A stretch of DNA of 64,000 bases from Gammaproteobacteria bacterium (GCA_049604295.1 JBMYTL010000002.1:4659-68658); one strand, 5' to 3'. Shown: positions 48,858-58,234, counted from the stretch's first letter. Translations and numbers: made by a program. The notes: a model not told the origin generated them from the sequence alone.

Positions 48858-50912
48858 TTACATCCGACGGCGGCGCGACTGTCCCGTGGTGAACGAGGGA
48901 TCGGAGGGGAACAGGTTGTTGGCATTGCTGATCTCGCGGCCCGGCTTGAAGAAGGCCGTCTGATCGTCATCCTCGTGGTAGCTGTTACCCGGCTGCGGCT
49001 CGTTGCGGGCGCGATTGCCGGCGTTGCCGTTGTTGGAGCGAGAAGGCCGCTTACGTTTGCCACCAGCGCGATTTCCGCCGTCCCTGTTGCCATCGCGGTT
49101 TCCGCTGTCCCTGTCCCGGTTGCCACCGCCGTCACCGCTGTCCGCACGGCTGCGGCGCGGGCCGGAGGAGCGGGTACGCGGGGCGCTCTCGGTCCGTTCG
49201 CGGGGGGGCTTGCGCCCGCCGCGATCGGGCTCGGCCTGTTTTTCGCCGTCTCGGGAAATATCGAGACGACGTCCGCAGACCCAGAGTCCCGCGAGATGGT
49301 CCAGGGTTTCCTGCTGAATGTTCTCCGGCAGATCTACGAGGCTGAAACGGTCGAAGATCTTGATGTGGCCGATATCCGCCGCCTCCAGATCGGCCTCGTT
49401 GGTCAGCGCGCCGACGATGTTTCCAGGTTTGACCCGGTTGGCGCGTCCCACCTCGATCCGGTAGCGCGCCATGCCGGGCTCGGGTTCGTGGCCGCGGGCA
49501 TCACGCTTGTTCTGGGGCTCCTCTTCACGCTTGGGACGACGCTCCTTGGGCGCCTCGTCTGTGATCAGGGGGCGGTCTTTCTGAGCCATGAACGCCAGGG
49601 TGCTCGCGAGCTTCTCGGCGTCGATTTCCGTTTCCTCGCGCAGCTCGGCCAGCAGACCATCGAAGAGGCTGAGGTCCTGGCGGGCGGCGGTGGTCGCGAT
49701 GCGTTGCTTGAAACCCGCCACGCGGCGATCGTTGGCGTTGTCCAGCGGCTCGACGGTGACGTTGCCAAAACGCACGCCCGTCGCTTTCTCCAGGGCCCGC
49801 ACCCAACGCCGCTCCCGGGGCTGACTGAGCAGGATGTGGCTGGCGCTTTCGGTATCGGCCCCGATGAGTGCCTGCCGACCGGCCAGTTCGTCCGAGGTCC
49901 AAGGCAGGTCATAGCCGATCACGTGCGTCAGGCCCACGCGCTTGACCTGGGAAGCGTAGCTGGTGGTCAGCACCGCGATGTCGGCATCGCCGTTATTGAA
50001 GGTGCGTAAGGCCGTGTCGCGGTCTGCCTTCTTCAATCGGCCATGGACAGCGACACAGGAATGGCCCTGCGCGCTGAGATGATCCGTGATTCGCCCGCAA
50101 TCCAGGGCGCCGCGGGCAACAACAACCATGGATTCGAAGCTTTCGAGGTCCGTGAGGCGGGACAGTGTCTCGAGTTTGTCGAAGGCGCGAATCTCGCGCT
50201 GCTGCGGGACGACACCTTCCCAGGCCGCCGCTTCGCTTGCGGTGATTTCGTCGAGCACCAGGGTCCGTGCCTGCGCCGTGTGTTCCTTCGCGGCCGCGGC
50301 TATTCCCTTGGGCATGTTGTTGCCCGTGAATACCCACTGGATGTCGCTCGGAAGAGCATCGAGGAGGGCGCGCATGTCGGTTGAAAAACCGCTGCGGGCG
50401 GCTTCGTCGCACTCGTCGAATACCACGCAACCCAGGGTCGACGGGTCGAAGCCCTCGTCGGTGACCAGTTCAAGCAGGCGGGTGGCCGTGCCCGTGATCA
50501 GGCGGACACCGCGTTCCAGATGACGCTGCTGTGCCGCGGACAGTGCGTTGCCGTACGCGCTGAGCGCGGGCATCGCCATGTCGGCGTGGCGGGCAAATCG
50601 CTGGAAACAGGCCGCGACGTTGATGGCGCGTTCCCGGGTGGGGGTGACCACCAACACGGAGGGAGTCTGGCTCCCGGTGTCGGTGTCATCCACCTGGGCG
50701 GCGATCAGGCGTTCCACGAGAGGAATCACATAAGCGGCGGTCTTACCCGAGCCCGGCATGGCCTCGATGATCGCGCTTTGGCCCTCGAGCAGGGTCGGGA
50801 TGACTTCGCTCTGCAATGGAGAGGGTGTTTCGAACCCGGCTTCGTCGATGGCTTTGAGAACGGGCTTGGTAAGGGCAAGGCCCTTGAAGGTTGCACTTTT
50901 GTTAGAGGACAA
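48858..50912 (-). CDS. DeaD/CsdA-like DEAD-box family protein with degenerate motifs and R/G/N/D-rich tail
   Basis: Q motif GFETPSPLQ, motif I PGSGKT, motif Ia PTRERA and motif II DECD. It has a DbpA/DeaD-type C-terminal RNA-binding domain (YRIEVGRANRVKPGNIVGAL...) and a low-complexity tail (GNRDRDSGNRDGNRDGGNRAGG). Confidence 0.85.
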   Translation of the reverse strand: MSSNKSATFKGLALTKPVLKAIDEAGFETPSPLQSEVIPTLLEGQSAIIEAMPGSGKTAAYVIPLVERLIAAQVDDTDTGSQTPSVLVVTPTRERAINVAACFQRFARHADMAMPALSAYGNALSAAQQRHLERGVRLITGTATRLLELVTDEGFDPSTLGCVVFDECDEAARSGFSTDMRALLDALPSDIQWVFTGNNMPKGIAAAAKEHTAQARTLVLDEITASEAAAWEGVVPQQREIRAFDKLETLSRLTDLESFESMVVVARGALDCGRITDHLSAQGHSCVAVHGRLKKADRDTALRTFNNGDADIAVLTTSYASQVKRVGLTHVIGYDLPWTSDELAGRQALIGADTESASHILLSQPRERRWVRALEKATGVRFGNVTVEPLDNANDRRVAGFKQRIATTAARQDLSLFDGLLAELREETEIDAEKLASTLAFMAQKDRPLITDEAPKERRPKREEEPQNKRDARGHEPEPGMARYRIEVGRANRVKPGNIVGALTNEADLEAADIGHIKIFDRFSLVDLPENIQQETLDHLAGLWVCGRRLDISRDGEKQAEPDRGGRKPPRERTESAPRTRSSGPRRSRADSGDGGGNRDRDSGNRDGNRDGGNRAGGKRKRPSRSNNGNAGNRARNEPQPGNSYHEDDDQTAFFKPGREISNANNLFPSDPSFTTGQSRRRRM

Positions 50913-51187
50913 GACTCACACCTGGTCGGTGACGCCGCTGGAGAAACGAGAGCCGACGTGACCGATGCTGTTGAACAAATTCAGTTCCGGAAAATTTACA
51001 CGAAGATCGCCGAAATGTCTTCCCGCATCCCGCCTGCCGGAAAATCGGCGTCACTGCGGACGCGGCATAGGCAAAATCCACGACATCATCACGGCCCGAC
51101 CGGCTGGCTCGCGGGCATACTGCGCCTCTGCCTCGGCGATTCCCGCTGGCTTCGATCCGCCCCAACCCGAAGAGAACTCAACCAGAC

Positions 51188-53005
51188 ATGCGCGGCTTTG
51201 CCCGTCCCACCGAAGATCCCCACGCTGATCGCCGCGATTGGCAAAACCTGAAAAACCTTCTCCCCTATCTCTGGGCTTATCGTGGGCGCGTATTGGTGGC
51301 CCTGGTGGCCTTGATTCTGGCCAAGGGTGCCAATGTGGGGATTCCGGTCGTTCTCAAGGGCATCGTCGACGGGTTGGACGTGGACGATGCGGCCCTGGTC
51401 GCCCTGCCGGTGTTTCTGCTTGCCGCATACGGTGCCCTGCGCTTGGCGGCGTCCCTGTTCAACGAATTGCGTGACGCCCTGTTCGCGCGCGTCCGCTTCC
51501 ATGCCATGCGGCGGGTTGCACGGGAGGCACTGGCCCACCTTCATGCCCTCGCGCTGCGCTATCACCTTGAGCGCCAGACAGGCGCGGTGTCCCGTGACCT
51601 CGAGCGGGGGACCCAGAGCGTATCCACTTTGCTCAACTACATGGCCTTTCAAATTCTTCCCGTTGGCGTCGAGTTCAGCCTGGTGGCGGCCATTCTCATC
51701 GGTGCCTACGACTGGTATTTCGCGGTGTTGATCTTCGGCACCGTTGGTCTCTACGTGTTTTTCACGGTGAAGGTCACCAATTGGCGCATGCACTGGCGCC
51801 ACGAGATGAACGCACTGGATTCGGAGGCCGGTTCCCAGGCCACCGATTCACTGATCAACTTCGAGACAGTCAAGTATTTCGGCAACGAGGAGCACGAGGT
51901 TCGCCGCTACGATCGCACCCTCAGCCGCTGGGAGAATGCCGCCGTCAACTCCCAGGTGTCCATGTCGGCATTGAACTTCGGTCAGGGCGCGATCATCGCT
52001 CTCGGTGTCACGCTTATCATGATATTCGCCTCCCAACAGGTGGTGGAAGGAACCATGAGTCTGGGCGACCTGGTGATGGTCAACGCCCTGATGTTGCAGT
52101 TGTTCATACCACTCAACTTTCTGGGCGTGGTGTATCGATCGATCCGGTACTCCCTGGCGGATATGGACCGTCTGTTCAAGCTCATGGAGCGAACGCCCGA
52201 GATCCAGGATAACAGCGATGCACGCCCGCTCGAGTTGCGCGAGGCATCCATTGAGTTCCGGGATGTTCACTTTCACTACAACGCCGACCGGCCCATTCTC
52301 AAAGGCGTGAGCTTCGCGGTGCCGGCAGGGCGCAAGTTGGCCGTGGTGGGGGCTTCGGGGGCCGGAAAGTCGACCTTGGCCCGCCTGGCGTACCGTCTCT
52401 ACGACGTCACCGGCGGGGAAGTCAGAATCGGCGGCGTGGATGTGCGTTCGGTAACCCAGGACAGTCTGCGCGAGTCCATCGCGATCGTTCCGCAGGACAC
52501 CGTGCTGTTCAATGACAGCATCTACTACAACATCGAATATGCCCGTCCGGGTGCGGGTCGCGAGGAGGTGGAACGCGCGGCCCGGCTTGCCCATATCCAT
52601 GACTTCATCGCGTCGTTGCCCCAGGGTTACGACACTGTGGTGGGTGAGCGTGGCCTGAAGTTGTCGGGAGGTGAAAAACAGCGGGTGGCGATTGCGCGCG
52701 CGGTGCTCAAAGGAACTCCGATACTGGTCTTCGATGAGGCGACATCGAGCCTGGACTCGCGTTCGGAGCGGGATATCCTCGAATCCCTGCGGGAGGTGGC
52801 GCAGGGGCATACGGCCCTGGTGATCGCCCACCGACTGTCGACCATAGTCGATGCAGACGAGATTCTGGTCATGGAATCAGGACGCATCTGCGAAAAGGGT
52901 ACACATGAGGCGCTTCTGGCTCGAAACGGGGCCTATGCGCAGATGTGGCGTCTGCAACAGAAGGAAGAGCAGGCGCAGGGGGAGGAGGCAGCTGAACCGG
53001 CGTAA
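51188..53005 (+). CDS. Atm1/ABCB7/HMT1-type ABC exporter (fused permease-ATPase)
   Basis: 605 aa with six transmembrane helices plus a nucleotide-binding domain (GASGAGKST, LSGGEKQRVAIARA, ILVFDEATSSLD). The N-terminal region (LLPYLWAYRGRV) resembles bacterial Atm1 homologues. Confidence 0.88.
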   Translation: MRGFARPTEDPHADRRDWQNLKNLLPYLWAYRGRVLVALVALILAKGANVGIPVVLKGIVDGLDVDDAALVALPVFLLAAYGALRLAASLFNELRDALFARVRFHAMRRVAREALAHLHALALRYHLERQTGAVSRDLERGTQSVSTLLNYMAFQILPVGVEFSLVAAILIGAYDWYFAVLIFGTVGLYVFFTVKVTNWRMHWRHEMNALDSEAGSQATDSLINFETVKYFGNEEHEVRRYDRTLSRWENAAVNSQVSMSALNFGQGAIIALGVTLIMIFASQQVVEGTMSLGDLVMVNALMLQLFIPLNFLGVVYRSIRYSLADMDRLFKLMERTPEIQDNSDARPLELREASIEFRDVHFHYNADRPILKGVSFAVPAGRKLAVVGASGAGKSTLARLAYRLYDVTGGEVRIGGVDVRSVTQDSLRESIAIVPQDTVLFNDSIYYNIEYARPGAGREEVERAARLAHIHDFIASLPQGYDTVVGERGLKLSGGEKQRVAIARAVLKGTPILVFDEATSSLDSRSERDILESLREVAQGHTALVIAHRLSTIVDADEILVMESGRICEKGTHEALLARNGAYAQMWRLQQKEEQAQGEEAAEPA

Positions 53006-53094
53006 CTATCTGAAAGATCGAGAGGTCTTCAGGTGTGCAGACGGTGTCCAGTCATTCCCCCGTAATCTATTGGCTGGCTTAATGCCCAGTGGTC

Positions 53095-53123
53095 TTGACA
53101 TCAAGGCTCCCCCCGTTTTGAAT
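53095..53123 (+). promoter_or_regulatory. candidate sigma70 promoter for the sdh operon
   Basis: TTGACA (53095-53100), a 17-bp spacer, then TTGAAT (53118-53123), ending 124 nt upstream of the sdhC ATG. The -10 element matches only 4 of 6 positions. Confidence 0.3.
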
Positions 53124-53246
53124 GGCGATGTTGCGGTGCAGCGAAGATCGAAGCACCGCTGAATCATCCCAGAGGCAGGCGCTTGGCCCCGGATTCCAAT
53201 CCACGAACGCCAGCCACAAAACAACGAAGCGAGACCGCAAGCCACC

Positions 53247-53621
53247 ATGTCCCCGAAACGCCCGGTCTACCTGAATCTGATCCAGATTCGGCTGCCCCTG
53301 CCCGGCATCGTTTCCATCATGCACCGCATCTCCGGTGTGTTGATGGTGCTGGCCATTCCCCTGGCCTTGTACGTGCTGGACCTTTCACTCAGCGGCGATG
53401 AGGGCTACGCCCAAGCCGTCGCAACGCTTGACGCCGTGTTGGTGAAGCTCATCCTGATGGTGCTCACCTGGTCGATCATGCATCACCTGTTCGCGGGCAT
53501 CCGCTATCTGCTTATCGATATCGACATCGGTGTCGAGCGTGACGCCACGCGCAAGCTGGCCTGGGCTGTCCTGGCTGCCTCCATCGTTATGACGCTGATC
53601 CTTTGGGGAGGTCTGTGGTGA
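53247..53621 (+). CDS. sdhC: succinate dehydrogenase cytochrome b556 subunit
   Basis: 124 aa with three transmembrane helices; the IVSIMHRISGV heme-ligand context; first gene of sdhCDAB. Confidence 0.9.
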   Translation: MSPKRPVYLNLIQIRLPLPGIVSIMHRISGVLMVLAIPLALYVLDLSLSGDEGYAQAVATLDAVLVKLILMVLTWSIMHHLFAGIRYLLIDIDIGVERDATRKLAWAVLAASIVMTLILWGGLW

Positions 53622-53956
53622 GCAAACTTTCCGGATTGAATGCCTGGATTCTCCAGCGCCTCACCGCCATCTATATGGCGGTCTACATTTTTATCTCCCT
53701 CATCTCCCTGGCGGTGAACGGTCTGCCCGACGGGGCGGCCCAGTGGCAGGGCCTGGTGGCGAAGGGTTGGTTCAACCTGGCCCTTCTGGTCTTCGTGTTG
53801 GCGTTGATCTACCACGCCTGGATCGGCATACGCGACGTGATCGTCGATTACATCCACCCGGTTTGGGTTCGATTCACCGTCCTGACCGTATTCGCGTCGG
53901 GTCTGCTGGTGTGCGCCGTGTGGAGCGCCCGCATCCTGTTCAACGCCCTCCAATAA
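53603..53956 (+). CDS. sdhD: succinate dehydrogenase membrane anchor subunit
   Basis: About 112-117 aa with three transmembrane helices. The likely true start is the GTG at 53618, overlapping the sdhC stop (GTGA). Confidence 0.86.
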   Translation: MGRSVVSKLSGLNAWILQRLTAIYMAVYIFISLISLAVNGLPDGAAQWQGLVAKGWFNLALLVFVLALIYHAWIGIRDVIVDYIHPVWVRFTVLTVFASGLLVCAVWSARILFNALQ

Positions 53957-53995
53957 CAACGACCCGAGCGTCCCTGAGGACTGAGGCTGACTTTC

Positions 53996-55759
53996 ATGAC
54001 AATTGAACGACGTCAATTCGATGCACTGGTCATCGGCGCGGGTGGCGGTGGCCTGCGCGCCGCTTTGCAACTGGCCCGCGCCGACGTGAATGTGGCTGTG
54101 GCATCGAAGGTGTTCCCGACCCGCTCGCATACCGTTGCAGCCCAGGGCGGCATCAATGCCGCATTGGCCAATGTTCTACCCGATGACTGGCATTGGCACA
54201 TGTTTGACACCGTGAAGGGCTCCGATTACCTGGGCGACCAGGACGCCATCGAATTCATGTGTCGGGCCGCTCCGCGCGTGGTGTACGAACTTGAGCATTT
54301 CGGTGTTCCGTTCTCGCGTCTGGACGACGGCAAGATCTATCAGCGCCCCTTCGGCGGCCAGAGCCAGGACTTCGGTGGTGACCAGGCAGCCCGTACCTGC
54401 GCCGCGGCTGACCGGACCGGACACGTGATGCTGCACACGCTGTACCAGCAGAACATCAAGGCCAAGACCAACTTCTTCGACGAGTACTTCGCGGTTGACC
54501 TGATCAAGGGTGAGGATGGCTCCATCCAGGGCGCCTTGTTCATCTGTATCGAGACCGGAGAGCCCCTGATCATCGAGGCGAAAGCGACCCTTTTGGCCAC
54601 CGGTGGCATGGGCCAGATGTTCCGTACCAATTCCAATGCCCTGGTAAATACCGGTGACGGTGTCGCCATGTGTTTGCGCCAAGGCATCCCCGCCGAGGAC
54701 CTTGAGTTTTTCCAGTTTCACCCCACCGGTATCGCCGGAATGGGACTGCTCCTCACGGAGGGGTGCCGGGGCGAGGGTGGTCTCCTTATCAACGGCGACG
54801 GTGAAGCCTTCATGGAGCGTTACGCACCGCGCGCGAAAGACCTTGCTTCCCGCGATGTGGTGTCGCGCTCGATTTATACCGAGGTCAAGGAGGGCCGGGG
54901 CTGCGGGCCGAACAAGGATCACGTCATGCTGCAGCTCACTCACCTCGGGGCGGAGAAGATCCTCAAGCGACTGCCCGGCATTCGTGATACCTGCATCACA
55001 TTCCTCGGGCTTGATCCGATCGAACATCAGATCCCCATCTATCCCACGGCACATTACGGCATGGGCGGCATCCCCACGGACATGCATGGCCATGTGGTCG
55101 TGACCACAGGAACGGGCCCAGAGGAAATCGTCCCCGGGCTGTACGCGGCAGGGGAGTGTGCCTGCGTCTCCGTGCATGGTGGCAACCGCCTGGGTGGTAA
55201 CTCCCTCCTCGACATCCTGGTGTTCGGCCGCGCCGCCGCCAATACCATGATCGAGTACCTGGGCGAGAACCCCAATCACGGCAAGATCAACGAAACGGCC
55301 GTCGAAGAAGCTGTATCCCGCATGCAGCGATGGGATCAGGAAGGCGACGGTATCGGCGTGGACGAGCTGCGCAAGGAATTGCAGGCAGCCATGGAGGATC
55401 ACTGCGGTGTGTACCGTACCGAGGAGATCATGGCCGAGGGCGTGGAGAAGGTGAAAGCCATTCGTGCAAAGCTCAAGGATGTACGTCTGAAGGACCATTC
55501 CAAGGCCTTCAATACCGCCCGTATTGAAGCCATGGAGCTGGAAAACCTCCTCGATTGCAGTCTGGCCACCGTGACCTCGGCACTGACCCGCAAGGAGAGT
55601 CGCGGTGCCCACTCGCGCGTGGACTTCCCGAAGCGTGATGATGAGAACTGGCTGAAACACACCATGTACGACCTGGCCAGCGACACCGTGCATTTCAAGC
55701 CGGTGAAGCTCAAACCGCTGACCGTGGAATCGTTCCCCCCCAAGGAACGCGTCTACTGA
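53996..55759 (+). CDS. sdhA: succinate dehydrogenase flavoprotein subunit
   Basis: FAD-binding motif DALVIGAGGGGLRAA and covalent-FAD His context (RSHTVAAQGG); 587 aa. Confidence 0.97.
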   Translation: MTIERRQFDALVIGAGGGGLRAALQLARADVNVAVASKVFPTRSHTVAAQGGINAALANVLPDDWHWHMFDTVKGSDYLGDQDAIEFMCRAAPRVVYELEHFGVPFSRLDDGKIYQRPFGGQSQDFGGDQAARTCAAADRTGHVMLHTLYQQNIKAKTNFFDEYFAVDLIKGEDGSIQGALFICIETGEPLIIEAKATLLATGGMGQMFRTNSNALVNTGDGVAMCLRQGIPAEDLEFFQFHPTGIAGMGLLLTEGCRGEGGLLINGDGEAFMERYAPRAKDLASRDVVSRSIYTEVKEGRGCGPNKDHVMLQLTHLGAEKILKRLPGIRDTCITFLGLDPIEHQIPIYPTAHYGMGGIPTDMHGHVVVTTGTGPEEIVPGLYAAGECACVSVHGGNRLGGNSLLDILVFGRAAANTMIEYLGENPNHGKINETAVEEAVSRMQRWDQEGDGIGVDELRKELQAAMEDHCGVYRTEEIMAEGVEKVKAIRAKLKDVRLKDHSKAFNTARIEAMELENLLDCSLATVTSALTRKESRGAHSRVDFPKRDDENWLKHTMYDLASDTVHFKPVKLKPLTVESFPPKERVY

Positions 55760-55817
55760 GTTTCGCTCAGATCCGAACCACGTAAAGCGCTGACCGCCAA
55801 TACCGGGTACCCCCACC

Positions 55818-56537
55818 ATGGCCGATCCAACCCAGACCAAGATGACCAAATTCCGCGTGTACCGCTACGATCCCGCCAAAGATTCGGAGCCTTACATGCA
55901 GGACTACGAGATCGAGACCAGCCACGGCACCATGCTGTTGGATGCACTTCTCGACATCAAAGCCAAGGATGAAACCCTCAGCTTCCGACGCTCTTGCGGA
56001 GAGGGTGTGTGCGGCTCGGACGGGATGAACATCAATGGCCGCAATGGCTTGGCCTGCCTGACCCGCGTGGCCGACCTCAAGGAACCCGTAGAGGTCCGTC
56101 CGTTACCGGGCCAGCCGGTCATCCGGGACCTGGTCATCGATCAGAATCCCTTCTTCAATCAGTACAAGGCCGCCAAACCCTATCTGATCACCAAGGACGC
56201 CGATCCGGAGAAAGAACGCCTGCAGTCTCCCGAGGATCGCGACAAACTCGATGGCTTGTACGAATGTATTCTCTGCGCCTGCTGTTCGACCTCCTGTCCC
56301 AGCTTCTGGTGGAACCCGGAAAAGTTCATGGGACCGGCAGCCCTGTTGCAGGCGTCGCGTTTCGTGCAGGACAGCCGGGACCAGGCTACGGAGGAACGTC
56401 TGGACATGATGAACGATGCGTACAAACTGTTCCGCTGTCACACCATCATGAACTGCGTGGAAGTCTGTCCGAAGGGGTTGAATCCGACCAAGGCCATTGG
56501 TGAGATCAAGAAAGTCATGACCAAAAAGGCCATCTGA
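55818..56537 (+). CDS. sdhB: succinate dehydrogenase iron-sulfur subunit
   Basis: Cys clusters CGEGVCGSDGMNINGRNGLAC, CILCACCSTSCP and CHTIMNCVEVCP. Confidence 0.97.
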   Translation: MADPTQTKMTKFRVYRYDPAKDSEPYMQDYEIETSHGTMLLDALLDIKAKDETLSFRRSCGEGVCGSDGMNINGRNGLACLTRVADLKEPVEVRPLPGQPVIRDLVIDQNPFFNQYKAAKPYLITKDADPEKERLQSPEDRDKLDGLYECILCACCSTSCPSFWWNPEKFMGPAALLQASRFVQDSRDQATEERLDMMNDAYKLFRCHTIMNCVEVCPKGLNPTKAIGEIKKVMTKKAI

Positions 56538-56542
56538 CCGAC

Positions 56543-56830
56543 GTGAACGACGCAGCCCCAGTCACGGAACAGCCATCCCACGACCCGGAGCGTGCGCGCA
56601 TTGAGTGGGCGTGTCGGCGTGGCCTGTTGGAGTTGGACCTGCTGTTCAAATCGTTCATGGCCCATGGCTACGATGACCTGAACGCCAAGCAGCGCAGCGC
56701 GTTCGAGCGCTTGTTGAAACTACCCGACCAGGAGTTGTTGGGCTGGATGATGGGCTATTCTTCGCCCAACGACACGGAGTGGGTCGATGTCGTCGCCCGG
56801 GTTCGCGGCACCTCTCAGATGCGCGCCTGA
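56543..56830 (+). CDS. sdhE: FAD assembly factor SdhE (CptB/YgfY family)
   Basis: 95 aa with the RGLLELDLL core and a C-terminus typical of SdhE. Confidence 0.87.
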   Translation: MNDAAPVTEQPSHDPERARIEWACRRGLLELDLLFKSFMAHGYDDLNAKQRSAFERLLKLPDQELLGWMMGYSSPNDTEWVDVVARVRGTSQMRA

Positions 56831-57227
56831 ATCCTCGCATTTCCTCGATCATCTGAACGCCACGGTACACGCGCTGGTTGGGTGCGCGGTGTGCGCCGTC
56901 CGGTGGCCCCCGGAGGGGGAAATACTGCTCCTTGTATCCCTGGTTCTCGTCCTTGGCAGTTTCCGTCACTGGGTACGCCGACTGTCTCGAGCTTTCGAGC
57001 TCCATTGGCCCCTCGATACCGGGGCGAGACTGATCTACCCGCAAACGGGCGAGGAACACCGCGTCACGGTACTGCCGGGGGCGCTCATCACCCCCTGGGG
57101 CGTGCTGCTTACCCTCGCGGATGAACGTGGCCGGCGCCACTCGCTGGTGATTGCATACGATGCGCTGCGTCCCGAAGACTTCCGGCGCCTCAGGGTTCGC
57201 ACACGATTGAACTCAGGTGGTGGGTAG
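56787..57227 (+). CDS. YgfX/CptA-like inner-membrane protein
   Basis: Positioned directly after sdhE as in E. coli ygfY-ygfX. It has two hydrophobic segments, then ...TPWGVLLTL...DALRPEDFRRLRV, resembling the YgfX C-terminus. The start is uncertain. Confidence 0.55.
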   Translation: MSSPGFAAPLRCAPESSHFLDHLNATVHALVGCAVCAVRWPPEGEILLLVSLVLVLGSFRHWVRRLSRAFELHWPLDTGARLIYPQTGEEHRVTVLPGALITPWGVLLTLADERGRRHSLVIAYDALRPEDFRRLRVRTRLNSGGG

Positions 57228-57929
57228 ATCCGCCTGCATTGCTTCAATGGCTTCTTCGACTTCAGCATTCAGGGCTGAGGCTTTCTTACCGTCGGGGTGT
57301 ATAGGGGGGCCGAAAACGACCTGAATGGTGCCGGGACGGAGTTTCCAGTCCTTACCCCGCCAGAAGACCCCGGCGTTATGAGCCATGGGAACGATGTCGG
57401 CTTGGGCCTTGACCGCCAACATCGCTCCCCCCGCGTTGTACTTGCCGCGTTGGCCCGGGGGCGTCCGGGTCCCCTCGGGAAAAATGATCACGTTATCTCC
57501 GGCGGCAAGGCGCTCCGATCCTTGGCTGACCACCATGGAAAGGGCTTTCCGGCCCGCGCCGCGGTCGATCGCGATCTGTTTGGTGGCCGCCAGTGACCAT
57601 CCGAACACCGGGATCTTCAACAACTCCTGTTTCAGCACCCAGGACTGATTGCCCGGAAGGATGTGACGCAGGGCGATGGTCTCCCAGGCGGATTGATGCT
57701 TGGACATGATCACCCGACCGCCAGATGGAATGTGCTCCGAACCCTTGATGTCGTAGCGCAGGCCACAGAGCAGTGCCATCAATTTCAGTGCCACCCATCC
57801 CCAGAGACTGGCCGCTCCGTTGGAGATGTAACGTGGCAGGAGAAAACCGAACAGGGCGATGGGCAGGCCTATGACCAGGGTCGCGACGATCAGTAAAATG
57901 AAGAACAGGGCGGAACGAAAGGCGAGCAT
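57213..57929 (-). CDS. plsC: 1-acyl-sn-glycerol-3-phosphate acyltransferase
   Basis: HX4D-type motif (SKHQSAWET), FPEGTR motif and an N-terminal transmembrane helix; 238 aa. Confidence 0.87.
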   Translation of the reverse strand: MLAFRSALFFILLIVATLVIGLPIALFGFLLPRYISNGAASLWGWVALKLMALLCGLRYDIKGSEHIPSGGRVIMSKHQSAWETIALRHILPGNQSWVLKQELLKIPVFGWSLAATKQIAIDRGAGRKALSMVVSQGSERLAAGDNVIIFPEGTRTPPGQRGKYNAGGAMLAVKAQADIVPMAHNAGVFWRGKDWKLRPGTIQVVFGPPIHPDGKKASALNAEVEEAIEAMQADLPTT

Positions 57930-58197
57930 GGTGACGACCGGTCAAAGACGGGCCGCTTATGTTCGCAAACGCCGCAGCCGGGGGGAATGCTGTTCAGTGT
58001 GATTGGGTGAGCGGGGCACGGGAACCGATGATCAATCCGAGGGCAGGGCGGCCCGGCGTTCAGCCGGGAACAGTGTGACGTCAAGCCGGTGTGGTTGCCC
58101 GCGGGTTCCGGACCTCTTTGCCGTTCGTGCCGTTCGGGCATCCTGCCCTCGCTGCGATTCACACGCCGACCGGCCCGGTAGCCCGCCGGGTGTTCGG

Positions 58198-58226
58198 AAA
58201 AAAGGAAGTGACGTTCAGTCACTCCC
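58198..58226 (-). terminator. rho-independent terminator of the TRAP operon
   Basis: On the minus strand GGGAGTGAC-TGAAC-GTCACTTCC (9 bp including one G.U pair) is followed by TTTTTT, beginning 9 nt after the dctM stop. Confidence 0.7.
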
Positions 58227-58234
58227 TTGTGTCC

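Noticed and set aside
48880-49200. Short repeated DNA segments that looked like a possible tandem-repeat or CRISPR-like array
   Set aside because: They lie inside the DeaD-like ORF and encode its low-complexity GNRD/RGG-type tail. There are no regular repeat-spacer units and no cas genes anywhere in the window.
54176-55849. 557-aa minus-strand ORF
   Set aside because: It is antisense to sdhA, a shadow ORF.
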